Source of the DNA: Escherichia phage vB_EcoM_005
Sequence record: MK295203
DNA length: 64,000 bases
Strand: one strand, 5' to 3'
The notes under the pieces are model-generated. The model was not told the origin of the DNA. It worked only from the letters and a program-made list of their open reading frames with translations, and searched no databases. The position numbers were made by a program, and so were the translations under genes. How positions within the stretch are numbered: position 1 is the stretch's first letter; each line of letters starts with the position of its first letter. Below, piece after piece: positions 29,110 to 37,582 of this stretch.

Positions 29110-29542
29110 GATTAACAGAAATTTAGTTATCAAAAAACTTTGTTGTAAAAATCCAAATGCACAAGCATACAGGATGTTTTGGAGCGACGACCACCAATAC
29201 CTGGGTTATTTTCTTGTTGATAGTGATGATAGAATTACAATGGCCCATAAACTTCTTAACAGAGAATTAAACCATTGGCAAGAACTTATTGCGGTGAGGT
29301 CTAAATTATTTTCATGTAATGCAATGCATCAATTGGTTTATTTTTTCGCTGAAGGTATTCCTGACAAGGTTGAGTTTGATGGATTCGAATTTAAAGATAT
29401 CTTCCCGGACAACGAATTGAACGACTGCGTTAATATGGATATCCCTAGCAAGTACATCAAAAATAGTCTGTTGAAAATTCTGGAAGCCCCGGTTTATTCA
29501 ATTGATGACCAAATTTTTAATGCTTTTATGAATCGAGGTTAA
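29102..29542 (+). CDS. hypothetical protein
   Basis: 146-aa ORF. Confidence 0.45.
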   Translation: MNKINRNLVIKKLCCKNPNAQAYRMFWSDDHQYLGYFLVDSDDRITMAHKLLNRELNHWQELIAVRSKLFSCNAMHQLVYFFAEGIPDKVEFDGFEFKDIFPDNELNDCVNMDIPSKYIKNSLLKILEAPVYSIDDQIFNAFMNRG

Positions 29543-29543
29543 T

Positions 29544-29765
29544 ATGTTTGTCTTAACTCAATTCTCTAAAGCAGTGTATAGTTACTCTTGTCAATGGGAA
29601 GTCTTTATCGATTCTCCTTCACCTAAGTACGGTGTTTTTGGACGAGTAACTACTCAAGCTTATGTTGCACGGCCTACTAAGCGTCAGATTCGTAAACTTA
29701 AAAAGGCTCATCGCCAACTGATTAAAAGAAGGGAACAATATGAGTGCAATGTGTACGGGCTCTAA
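29544..29765 (+). CDS. hypothetical protein
   Basis: 73-aa ORF. Confidence 0.4.
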   Translation: MFVLTQFSKAVYSYSCQWEVFIDSPSPKYGVFGRVTTQAYVARPTKRQIRKLKKAHRQLIKRREQYECNVYGL

Positions 29766-29931
29766 GATTTCTGTATTCGAGTTATTCGAAGAATATGAAA
29801 TCGTATCAAAAGACCAAGAAGCTATCCATATTATTGCTGGTGATGGTGTGACTTGGATTATTCCACTGTACCACGAAGATACCTATGAAGTCACTGATGC
29901 AAATGGTGATAAAGCTATTTTCGTAATATAA
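29740..29931 (+). CDS. hypothetical protein
   Basis: 63-aa ORF. Confidence 0.4.
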   Translation: MSAMCTGSKISVFELFEEYEIVSKDQEAIHIIAGDGVTWIIPLYHEDTYEVTDANGDKAIFVI

Positions 29932-29947
29932 ATAAGGCCAGGAGCCT

Positions 29948-30109
29948 ATGAAATCTTTTAAAGAAGTTATGAACGAAGATATGGTCGCAGGCGATGCAGG
30001 TGGTAATCCTACTGCTATTGCCTCCGGAACTACCTCAGGCGCAGTCGTCAACAAAGGGCCTGAACAAATCCCATCTAAAAAGCGTAAAGAAAAATCCGAA
30101 AACGAATGA
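29948..30109 (+). CDS. hypothetical protein
   Basis: 53-aa ORF; same frame as the downstream endonuclease remnant, separated by a TGA. Confidence 0.3.
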   Translation: MKSFKEVMNEDMVAGDAGGNPTAIASGTTSGAVVNKGPEQIPSKKRKEKSENE

Positions 30110-30145
30110 TATAATGGCTCTATTAATTTAGAGTATGATAAGTAC

Positions 30146-30676
30146 ATGGGTTCAGGAGGGCCTTTAAGTAGGGCAAAGGAAAAATACGGGCTGGAAAATT
30201 TCGAAAGAGAAATTCTAGAGTTTTTCCCTAATGAAGACCTAATGAACGAAGCTGAGGCAGCTATAGTAACTAAAGAATTTATTAAAAGACCCGATGTTTA
30301 TAATGCTGTGCCGGGCGGCAGAAGTTTTAGAGTAGGCCCGACGGAAAATTATGATTCTAAACGGCATTCAGAAGTCCAGATAAAAAGCTGGGATAATCCT
30401 GAAAAAAGGGCCAAGCAAGCCAAAACTATAAAAGCTATCGCATGGAAAGAATGGGATAATTTAGAGGAAGTAAAAATCCGACATAAAGAATCCTGCAGTA
30501 AAGCACAAAGAAAACATAAAGCCTGGAAAGATTATAATGTATTAAAAGAGATTTGGGTTAAATTAGGAAAACCTGGATACGGTAGGTTTAATAATGAATT
30601 AATTAAGCTTGGTTACGAAAAAAGAAATTACCAAAGAATGGTAGATGCTTTTAATAAAGAGGAAGAACTAGTATGA
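30146..30676 (+). pseudogene. GIY-YIG homing endonuclease remnant (N-terminally truncated)
   Basis: begins inside the catalytic domain (KYMGSGG...KEKYGLENFEREILE); NUMOD-like linker; C-terminal module shared with the two HNH ORFs downstream. Confidence 0.5.
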
Positions 30677-30927
30677 GTTTTGTAGACAGAGAATTTGCTT
30701 TAAGAGCTTTTCAAACACTGCCAAAATTTAGACAAGTTACCGGAAGCGATTTTAAGCTTAACGCAAGGTGCCCTATTTGTGGTGACTCACAGAAAGACGA
30801 ACATAAAGCTCGTTTTTGGGCTTATCCTGTGAATGATGGTGGCATTATGTTGCACTGCTTCAATTGCGATGCTAGTTTAGGAATTAAGAAGTATCTATAC
30901 GAATACGAGCCTGATTTATATCGTTAA
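30673..30927 (+). CDS. 61: DNA primase gp61, N-terminal zinc-binding domain as a separate ORF
   Basis: FKLNARCPICGDSQKDEHKARFW...HCFNC matches my recollection of the T4 gp61 zinc ribbon; ORF stops after EPDLYR. Confidence 0.8.
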   Translation: MSFVDREFALRAFQTLPKFRQVTGSDFKLNARCPICGDSQKDEHKARFWAYPVNDGGIMLHCFNCDASLGIKKYLYEYEPDLYR

Positions 30928-30940
30928 GATGCCTGTCATC

Positions 30941-31144
30941 GAAAAGCTTAATTTCTGTGAACGATTAGATAGAATGCCAAACGACCATCCTATTATCAAA
31001 TATGTGACACTACGTTGCATTCCTGAAAACAAATGGAATCGTGAAAAGCTTAATTTCTGTGAACGATTAGATAGAATGCCAAAGGACCATCCTATTATCA
31101 AATATGTAACACTACGTTGCATTCCTGAAAACAAATGGAATCGC
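30941..31144. repeat. tandem duplication, 2 x 102 bp (in frame) within primase
   Basis: two copies differing at 3 positions. Confidence 0.8.
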
Positions 31145-31496
31145 TTATGGTTTACTAAAGAATGGCCGGCATTGGTGAACTCTGTCAATCCAGGGACCTA
31201 TTCTAAATTGAAATGCCTGAGCCTCGTTTGGTTATTCCAATTTTCAATAAGAATAAACAAATTGAAAGTTTTCAGGGTCGAGCCTTACGTAAAGATGCTC
31301 CACAAAAATATATTACAATACGTTGTGGTTTACTAAAGAATGGCCGGCATTAGTTAACTCTGTGAATCCAGGGACCTATTCTAAAGAAATGCCTGAACCT
31401 CGTTTGGTTATTCCAATTTTCAATAAGAATAAACAAATTGAAAGTTTTCAGGGTCGAGCCTTACGTAAAGATGCTCCACAAAAATATATTACAATA
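31145..31496. repeat. tandem duplication, 2 x about 178 bp within primase
   Basis: copies nearly identical; copy 1 carries a small indel and the period is not a multiple of 3. Confidence 0.8.
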
Positions 31497-31592
31497 AGTT
31501 GGTGTGGGTAATGGAAGGCCCTATTGACTCTTTGTTTGTTCCGAATGCAATAGCAATTACTGGCGGGTCGTTGGACTTGGCTATGGTTCCAT

Positions 31593-31690
31593 GTAAAGAA
31601 ACTCGTGCCTGGGTAATGGACAATGAACCCCGCCATCCGTTGTAAAGAAACACGTGCCTGGGTAATGGACAATGAACCCCGCCATCCTGA
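31593..31690. repeat. tandem duplication, 2 x 49 bp within primase
   Basis: GTAAAGAAAC(T/A)CGTGCCTGGGTAATGGACAATGAACCCCGCCATCC repeated. Confidence 0.8.
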
Positions 31691-31719
31691 CACAATTAAG
31701 CGTATGCAACGATTAGTTG

Positions 31720-32370
31720 ATGCTGGCGAAAGGGTTCTATTCTGGGACAAGAGGAAAATTAAGAGGTTCTAAGCGGTCTTTATCATATTATACGGAAGAA
31801 CACCATGTTATACCTAGATGTATGAATGGTTCTGATGATAAAAACAATTTAGTTGCTTTATTGCCAAGAGAACACTTTGTAGCTCATAGGCTTTTAACAA
31901 AAATATATCCCGAAGTAAAAGGTCTACATTATGCTGTTAATTTAATGAGATATAATAAAGGAGTTAAATTAACTAGTAGAACTATAGCCACGTTAAGAGA
32001 AAATAACGCTAAAGCATTTTCAGGAAAAAATAACCCGATGTTTGGTAAACCTTCCTGGATTAGAGGGATGAAAACTCCTGAAGAAACTAAAGCCAAAATG
32101 CGCCTGGCTCATAAAGATAAAATTATATCTGATGAAGCCAAGGCCAATATGAGTAAAGCTAGAAAAGGAAGATTTAGTGGTAAAGATTCCCCTAGATATG
32201 GTTTGCCAAATCCTAGGCGTGGAGAAATATGGAATAGTTACGATATGCTTTATGAATTATGGGTTTACAATAATAAACCTAAACGCACCAAATTTAATAA
32301 AATAGCTGTTGATAATGGATATCCTGATATTTGTTATCGACGAATGATAGAAAACTTTAATAGGAAATAA
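31720..32370 (+). CDS. HNH homing endonuclease
   Basis: EEHHVIPRCMNGSDDKNNLVALLPREHFVAH (HNH motif); NUMOD-like repeats; first ATG lies inside the last codons of the primase fragment in another frame. Confidence 0.65.
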   Translation: MLAKGFYSGTRGKLRGSKRSLSYYTEEHHVIPRCMNGSDDKNNLVALLPREHFVAHRLLTKIYPEVKGLHYAVNLMRYNKGVKLTSRTIATLRENNAKAFSGKNNPMFGKPSWIRGMKTPEETKAKMRLAHKDKIISDEAKANMSKARKGRFSGKDSPRYGLPNPRRGEIWNSYDMLYELWVYNNKPKRTKFNKIAVDNGYPDICYRRMIENFNRK

Positions 32371-32374
32371 TATA

Positions 32375-32512
32375 ATGGCATTTTTTAACGAATGTAGTGG
32401 TTTGATTTCTGGTGTTGATAAAGCTGAGGAAGCTTATTTTAATGCTCTGATTCACGAAGATAATTTATTTATTCGCTTTAATCTAACAGTTTATAATTAT
32501 CTAACTTATTAA
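32375..32512 (+). pseudogene. dCTPase gp56 N-terminal fragment (diverged partial duplicate)
   Basis: MAFFNECSGLISGVDKAEEAYFNALIHED then out-of-family tail; 52 bp identical to the start of the next copy. Confidence 0.5.
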
Positions 32513-32535
32513 TGAATTGAAAAAGGAAAAATATA

Positions 32536-32955
32536 ATGGCACACTTTAACGAATGCGCAAACCTGATTGCTGGTGTTGATAAAGCTGAGGAAGCTTATTT
32601 TAATGCTCTGATTCACGAAGATAAGGACCCTCTGCAGGTTATGTTGCGTGAACAGAAAGATTGTATTGACGATGAATTCCGTGAACTTCTGACTTCCCTC
32701 GGTGAAATGTCTAAAGGTGAGAAAGATGCATCTGCTGTATGGAAAAAATGGAAAGCCCGTTACCCGGAAGCACAAGCCAAACCTATTTCAGAAATGTCTC
32801 CTGAAGACCAGCTTGAAATTAAATTTGAACTCATTGATATTATGCACTTCGTATTCAATATGGCTATTGGCTTGAATATGTCGGCTGAAGAAATGTTTAA
32901 ACTTTATTACCTGAAAAATAAACACAACTTTGAACGCCAGGACAATGGATATTAA
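32536..32955 (+). CDS. 56: dCTP pyrophosphatase gp56 (MazG-like), copy 1
   Basis: 139 aa; MAHFNECA..., KDCIDDEFRELLTSLGEMS, EDQLEIKFELIDIMHF, KLYYLKNKHNF match my recollection of T4 gp56; lacks about 32 internal residues relative to T4. Confidence 0.8.
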   Translation: MAHFNECANLIAGVDKAEEAYFNALIHEDKDPLQVMLREQKDCIDDEFRELLTSLGEMSKGEKDASAVWKKWKARYPEAQAKPISEMSPEDQLEIKFELIDIMHFVFNMAIGLNMSAEEMFKLYYLKNKHNFERQDNGY

Positions 32956-33379
32956 TTTCAAATCCGTTCTTAAAGAAAAGTTCCCGCAATGGGAACTTTT
33001 AGAAGATAAACCTGAATATAACCGTCATCCTGATGACTTGGCTACTGCAGGTGAAGTTGTTGATTGGTTGCGCAATCAGAAAGATTATATTGATGATGAA
33101 TTCCGCGAACTTCTGACTTCTCTTGGTGGCATGAGCAATGGCGAAAAAGATGCGAGCGCTGTATGGAAGCCTTGGAAAGCTCAACATGCTGAACGTCGTG
33201 AAACCCTGATTAACGATTTGTCTCCTGAAGACCAGCTCGAAATTAAATTCGAAATGATTGATATTCTGCACTTTGTTCTGAATATGTTCCAAGGTCTTGG
33301 ACTGACTGCTGAAGAAATCTTTAAACTGTATTACCTGAAAAATAAACACAACTTTGAACGCCAGGACAATGGATATTAA
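32945..33379 (+). CDS. 56: dCTP pyrophosphatase gp56 (MazG-like), copy 2 with a different N-terminus
   Basis: 144 aa; carries the HPDDLATAGEVVDWLRNQKDYIDDEF segment missing from copy 1 but lacks the MAHFNEC N-terminus; last 90 nt identical to copy 1. Confidence 0.7.
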   Translation: MDINFKSVLKEKFPQWELLEDKPEYNRHPDDLATAGEVVDWLRNQKDYIDDEFRELLTSLGGMSNGEKDASAVWKPWKAQHAERRETLINDLSPEDQLEIKFEMIDILHFVLNMFQGLGLTAEEIFKLYYLKNKHNFERQDNGY

Positions 33380-33412
33380 TTTCAAATCCGTTCTTAAAGA
33401 AAAGTTCCCGCA

Positions 33413-34210
33413 ATGGGAACTTTTAGAGGTCATGATTACTTAAAAATTATAGATAAGTATAAACTAAACGTCCATACCAAATCTAAAACTGAAGCTCATC
33501 ATATACTTCCGAAGTGTGCATTTCCAGAATACAGCGATTTTAAAATCTCTCCTTGGAATAGGGTGTATCTTCCTATATACCAACACATATATGTTCATTA
33601 TCTTTTGTGCTCAACTAAGGTGTCGGGTTTGCTTAATGCATTCCAGAGAATGACACTAACAAATAGTGCCCAGTTTAAGAAGCTTTCTGATTTAGAGAAA
33701 GACCTTACTATTAAGTTATGGGCCGATAAACGTGGGGAGTGGATAGAGCAAGACATTCTCCGTAAAAGAAAATCCTTTATGTATTCTAATTTTGATTTCT
33801 GGTATAATGACTGGATTTCGCGGGATATGCCTCGCTATCGAAGATATTGGGGAGTTTTGGTTGAAGAAAATAATCCGGAAGTTTTAGGTACCCACAAAAA
33901 TAGTTTATTGACAGTGGTAAAAGATTTTTGTTTGAGATACGCAGAAGAACATAATTTATCTGAAGAAGAAGTTTTGAGTCTTCAAAAATTAAAACAGTCT
34001 TCAGAAAAAGCTTTAAAAGATAAAGGAAAAACTTTAAGTAAAACTGCTAGAGGCAATCAACTCAAATGGAATTATGAAACTGAGCTTAGGAATTTATGGA
34101 TTGCTAATAACAAACCAAAATATGTGAATTTCAGAAAGCTAGTGGTTAGCTTAGGCTACCCGGATGAAAATTATATAAACATGATAAAGAGGTTTGAAAA
34201 TGGGTTCTGA
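33413..34210 (+). CDS. HNH homing endonuclease
   Basis: TEAHHILPKCAFPEYSD...NRVYLP...HIYVH (HNH motif); start codon lies within a 92-bp repeat derived from gene 56. Confidence 0.65.
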   Translation: MGTFRGHDYLKIIDKYKLNVHTKSKTEAHHILPKCAFPEYSDFKISPWNRVYLPIYQHIYVHYLLCSTKVSGLLNAFQRMTLTNSAQFKKLSDLEKDLTIKLWADKRGEWIEQDILRKRKSFMYSNFDFWYNDWISRDMPRYRRYWGVLVEENNPEVLGTHKNSLLTVVKDFCLRYAEEHNLSEEEVLSLQKLKQSSEKALKDKGKTLSKTARGNQLKWNYETELRNLWIANNKPKYVNFRKLVVSLGYPDENYINMIKRFENGF

Positions 34211-34316
34211 GATGTTGCTTTGGGCCATAGTCTTCCTTTTATTCTTAATTGGGTTGGGGATTTATAGAATTACTGGCCTATTAGAACGACAGTTTAAAGA
34301 TGGCCAGTAATTAAGT

Positions 34317-34324
34317 TATAAATA
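34317..34324 (+). promoter_or_regulatory. T4 late promoter (TATAAATA)
   Basis: exact TATAAATA 32 nt upstream of the soc start. Confidence 0.55.
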
Positions 34325-34355
34325 CACCTGTAATTAAACAACAAAGGAGTTAATT

Positions 34356-34589
34356 ATGGGTGGTTTCGTTAATATCAAAACCTTTACGCATCCGGCCGGT
34401 GAAGGTAAAGAAGTTAAAGGTACCGAGGTTTCTGTCCCGTTTGAGATTTATTCAAACGAGCACCGTATTGCAGACTCTCATTATCAGACTTTCCCTTCAG
34501 CCGTTGCAGCCTACTCAACCGTAGTGACTGATGCTGCTGACTGGAAGACCAAAAACGCGGCGATGTTTACGCCAACTGATATTGTTTAA
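34356..34589 (+). CDS. soc: small outer capsid protein Soc
   Basis: 77 aa; GFVNIKTF, HYQTFPSAVAAYSTV match my recollection of T4 Soc. Confidence 0.8.
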   Translation: MGGFVNIKTFTHPAGEGKEVKGTEVSVPFEIYSNEHRIADSHYQTFPSAVAAYSTVVTDAADWKTKNAAMFTPTDIV

Positions 34590-34595
34590 TTATAA

Positions 34596-34618
34596 GGAAC
34601 CTTCGGGTTCCTTTTTTT
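34596..34618 (+). terminator. rho-independent terminator
   Basis: GGAACC-TTCG-GGTTCC hairpin followed by TTTTTTT. Confidence 0.6.
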
Positions 34619-34628
34619 GGTTTTAAGG

Positions 34629-34660
34629 GTTTACTTTTTAGGAAGGTTGTGTTAAGATGG
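34629..34660 (+). promoter_or_regulatory. possible early promoter
   Basis: GTTTAC 34629-34634 with a weak -10 candidate downstream. Confidence 0.35.
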
Positions 34661-34684
34661 TATTATCTTATAGAGGAGAACACT

Positions 34685-34894
34685 ATGTTAAATCGTTGGA
34701 TTAAACCAAATAAAACTTTGGATGAAATTATCGCTAATCATGTATTGAAAAAGTACTTTTATACTCCTTGGTATACCGAAGTTATTGTCCATTCATTTAT
34801 GATGCATGAAGACGGTTCTATCGAATTTAATGCCGAAATCCGTCACGAGACTGATGATATTGATAAGGTTGAATTTAAACGAGGTTTCTTATGA
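34685..34894 (+). CDS. hypothetical protein
   Basis: 69 aa; ATG after AGAGGAG RBS. Confidence 0.4.
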   Translation: MLNRWIKPNKTLDEIIANHVLKKYFYTPWYTEVIVHSFMMHEDGSIEFNAEIRHETDDIDKVEFKRGFL

Positions 34895-35220
34895 TTCGTT
34901 GGCTTAAGAATTTTTTCAAGATTACCCCTGGCGAAGGGCCGGTTCCTATTAGTCCATCAGACGTTAAGTTAAGGGAATATGTTTATGTGGGCGATGGTAT
35001 GATGGAAGAAGTTATCCGTCAACCTGAAAAAGCCGGTAATGTAGGCCCGGGTGCCCTTCCTTTGAATTCTAAAAAGTTTAAAGAGCATCTAGAAGCTCGT
35101 CGCACAAGCCATATTGATACTACTCCTATTATGGTTGCGGCTGCTGTCAGTTCTTGGACCGGTGATTCGTCTTATTCTGACTCAGGAAGCTGTGGCTCAT
35201 CGTCCGGCTCGTGTGATTAA
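34891..35220 (+). CDS. hypothetical protein with Ser/Gly/Cys-rich tail
   Basis: 109-aa ORF. Confidence 0.45.
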   Translation: MIRWLKNFFKITPGEGPVPISPSDVKLREYVYVGDGMMEEVIRQPEKAGNVGPGALPLNSKKFKEHLEARRTSHIDTTPIMVAAAVSSWTGDSSYSDSGSCGSSSGSCD

Positions 35221-35420
35221 TGAAACCTTTATCATGGCTTAAAGATTGGCTAGACCGTCCTGGCGATTATCTTGATGACGGGTGGTTAGACCAAGCCAAT
35301 GCAGAAATGAAACGTGACTCCGAAGAATGGATTCTTAAAGGTATCCGTGAAGAACGTGAAAAGAAATTAGAACGCGAAGCCCTTAGGATTATGCGTGATA
35401 TCTATGGGGATAAATCATGA
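35220..35420 (+). CDS. hypothetical protein
   Basis: 66-aa ORF. Confidence 0.4.
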   Translation: MKPLSWLKDWLDRPGDYLDDGWLDQANAEMKRDSEEWILKGIREEREKKLEREALRIMRDIYGDKS

Positions 35421-35584
35421 CTATTAAAGAGGCTGAAGAACGTGCTAAAGAGGCATTGGATTTGCTTCTTAAAATCGGTAGTAAAATGATGGAAGAAAAC
35501 GAGAAATACATCCAAGAAAATAAAATTCCGGATGGCCCTTTAGTAGGTAAACTAAGAAGAGGAAAACATAATGAAAGTCTATGA
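35417..35584 (+). CDS. hypothetical protein
   Basis: 55-aa ORF below track cutoff. Confidence 0.3.
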   Translation: MTIKEAEERAKEALDLLLKIGSKMMEENEKYIQENKIPDGPLVGKLRRGKHNESL

Positions 35585-35963
35585 ACTAGAATTCTTTGTT
35601 CGTGATTCTGCCAGACAAACACGTCCTTATGATGCTACGCCGTGTCTTATCCTTGTCGATAATGGTACGAATTCTATAACCCAGTTAGAAACACGATTAA
35701 AAGATATTTGTTATCGTTATCCGGCAGACCCATATACCGAAGGAACAATGGACCTTTTCTATAAAGATACCGATAGAATGTCCAATGAACGTCTTAAAGG
35801 CCGTACTTATCTGATTTCCGCTACCGAAGACCTTACTGAAGTCGAACGTCAGATTTGGAAACACTTTGATATTGGATTGCGCTTTACCATGACTGAAGAC
35901 GCTATTTTTGATGCTAAGGTACGAGCTCGTATGTACGAATACGGTCCTATCGGTGGTTACTAA
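35571..35963 (+). CDS. hypothetical protein
   Basis: 130-aa ORF. Confidence 0.45.
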   Translation: MKVYELEFFVRDSARQTRPYDATPCLILVDNGTNSITQLETRLKDICYRYPADPYTEGTMDLFYKDTDRMSNERLKGRTYLISATEDLTEVERQIWKHFDIGLRFTMTEDAIFDAKVRARMYEYGPIGGY

Positions 35964-36151
35964 TGGACTTATTTGATATGTTTGTCATTCCGGACCCTGA
36001 GCCTGAAACAACTCAGGAGCCGCCTGTTGACCTTGTCAACGAACTTGATATTATTATACAGAAGCATGGTTTTAAGTTGCCTAAAGATGCTCTTAGCGAC
36101 CTAGCTTCTTATTACTTAGACCCTCCACCCTGGGCCCCTTGGGTAAAATAA
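35963..36151 (+). CDS. hypothetical acidic protein
   Basis: 62-aa ORF. Confidence 0.4.
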   Translation: MDLFDMFVIPDPEPETTQEPPVDLVNELDIIIQKHGFKLPKDALSDLASYYLDPPPWAPWVK

Positions 36152-36152
36152 A

Positions 36153-36182
36153 GTTTTACACCTCCTCCCTTCATGTTATAAT
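36153..36182 (+). promoter_or_regulatory. early promoter (GTTTTAC variant)
   Basis: GTTTTAC 36153-36159, TATAAT 36177-36182. Confidence 0.45.
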
Positions 36183-36206
36183 GACCTCTAAATCACTGGA
36201 GGTCAT

Positions 36207-36776
36207 ATGAACATCGAACAAAAATGTCTTTATCAAGACCGAATCAATTCCAAATTCTCAAAACACGAACAGAATCTTTTAGAAAAATGTCTGGATGCTA
36301 AAAAGGACCCTAACTTCCATTACGACCTTGATAAGCTAGTTCGTAAGCATGTTACTTCAGCGGTTCCGGTAGAGCTTTATCGTGGGATTACCCCTATGGA
36401 ACTTGAGCAACTTGAAGTTCTTTCTGTTGGGTGTCAGTGGTCTCCTGGCCGGGTTACTTCTTTTAGTACACAATACTCTCAGGCTCGTCAGTTCGCAGGG
36501 GCATGGGAATATGGAACCAGAACCATTTTAAGTCTCAGGAATGCTCCATTCATTTTTGACTACTATAACCATGCTATCGACCTTGTTCTTGCAGGGAATG
36601 TGGATGAGCTTGAAATAGATGAAACCCGTATCGACCTCTACGATATGGTAGAAACTGAATGTGAGTTCATGGTCTCTAGCCTATCACGATTTGAGATTGT
36701 TGAAATCGAAACCATCAAAAGAGACCCGTACGAAATCGAGTACAAAACAATTCATTTAAAAATGTTGAATTTTTAG
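36207..36776 (+). CDS. ADP-ribosyltransferase (ModA/ModB family), paralogue 1
   Basis: R-S-ExE pattern: LYRGI, SFSTQYSQA, ETECEF; 189 aa; sits at the T4 modB/modA position. Confidence 0.5.
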   Translation: MNIEQKCLYQDRINSKFSKHEQNLLEKCLDAKKDPNFHYDLDKLVRKHVTSAVPVELYRGITPMELEQLEVLSVGCQWSPGRVTSFSTQYSQARQFAGAWEYGTRTILSLRNAPFIFDYYNHAIDLVLAGNVDELEIDETRIDLYDMVETECEFMVSSLSRFEIVEIETIKRDPYEIEYKTIHLKMLNF

Positions 36777-36805
36777 TTTACAGGCAAGGAAGCTTGTGGT
36801 ACTAT
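36776..36805 (+). promoter_or_regulatory. T4-type early promoter
   Basis: GTTTAC 36776-36781, TACTAT 36800-36805, CTATCAAC leader, GAGGAG RBS. Confidence 0.5.
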
Positions 36806-36830
36806 CTTTCTATCAACTGAGGAGAATAAT

Positions 36831-37445
36831 ATGTTATATCCAAGCCATAAATTAGCAGAATTTATCAACAACGCCAAATGCGACGATTTCCGTGAGAATA
36901 CTCAGATAGAAATTGATGAGGTGTATTCTGATTTAGAACAGAGCACTCTCTGGCAGTGTATGGAAAATAAACCGGATACTATCCAGGAAACTCTGAACAA
37001 AATTATTCGTAAGAACCTGACTTCTGTAGTGCCCGACAAATTGTACCGTGGGATTTCTAAGAAGACTATGGCATATCTTGAATCTACGATGTGCGTAGGC
37101 GCCGTAATTGAATTCGACCGAGTAATGAGCTTCTCAAAAGATTTCAATGTGGCTCGTAACTTCGCATCTTATAACTTCTACGGCACATTTAATATCTTTT
37201 GTATTAATGATGCACCGTTTGTGTACAATTATCAGGAAGAAATCTTTAAAATGTTATGTGCCGCGCCCCCTGAAGAGTTCCCGGGAGCATTTCCTGAATC
37301 TACCCGTGTAGCAAACTTACAATTAATAAATGATGAAGATGAGATGATGTTCCCTGCGGGAACTACGCTGCGCGTAGACTCTATTGAGAGAAATCCTAAA
37401 TGGAATAATTACACCATTTGGAATCTTTCCGTTCTTTCTTACTGA
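36831..37445 (+). CDS. ADP-ribosyltransferase (ModA/ModB family), paralogue 2
   Basis: LYRGIS, SFSKDFNVA, DEDEMMF; 204 aa. Confidence 0.5.
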   Translation: MLYPSHKLAEFINNAKCDDFRENTQIEIDEVYSDLEQSTLWQCMENKPDTIQETLNKIIRKNLTSVVPDKLYRGISKKTMAYLESTMCVGAVIEFDRVMSFSKDFNVARNFASYNFYGTFNIFCINDAPFVYNYQEEIFKMLCAAPPEEFPGAFPESTRVANLQLINDEDEMMFPAGTTLRVDSIERNPKWNNYTIWNLSVLSY

Positions 37446-37514
37446 ACCACCCGGTTTAATTGAAAGGCAAAGTCCTTGATTCATTATACCGTCGAAAATT
37501 TAAAGCAAAAAAGT

Positions 37515-37543
37515 GTTTACTTTATCAAGCAACGTGATACTAT
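37515..37543 (+). promoter_or_regulatory. T4-type early promoter
   Basis: GTTTAC 37515-37520, TACTAT 37538-37543, AGACCTATCAAC leader. Confidence 0.55.
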
Positions 37544-37582
37544 AGACCTATCAACTAATCGTCCGTAAGATGAGAAAAAATT

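Larger units (their letters stand above)
30929..31772 (+). pseudogene. 61: DNA primase gp61 catalytic region, fragmented across frames
   Basis: DHPIIKYV, WFTKEWP..LVNS, PRLVIPI, GPIDSLF, WVMDNEPRHPDTIKRM, ERVLFWDK segments all present but split by three tandem duplications and indels; C-terminal tail absent. Confidence 0.7.

Noticed and set aside
29806-30147. 113-aa minus-strand ORF between the small plus-strand ORFs and the GIY-YIG remnant
   Set aside because: Overlaps three plus-strand ORFs in an otherwise unidirectional early block and has no promoter or ribosome-binding site on the minus strand.
30941-31690. Tandem repeats in the primase region considered as a possible CRISPR array
   Set aside because: Units have unequal lengths (102, about 178 and 49 bp), are directly abutting coding-sequence duplications with no interleaved unique spacers, and there are no cas genes.
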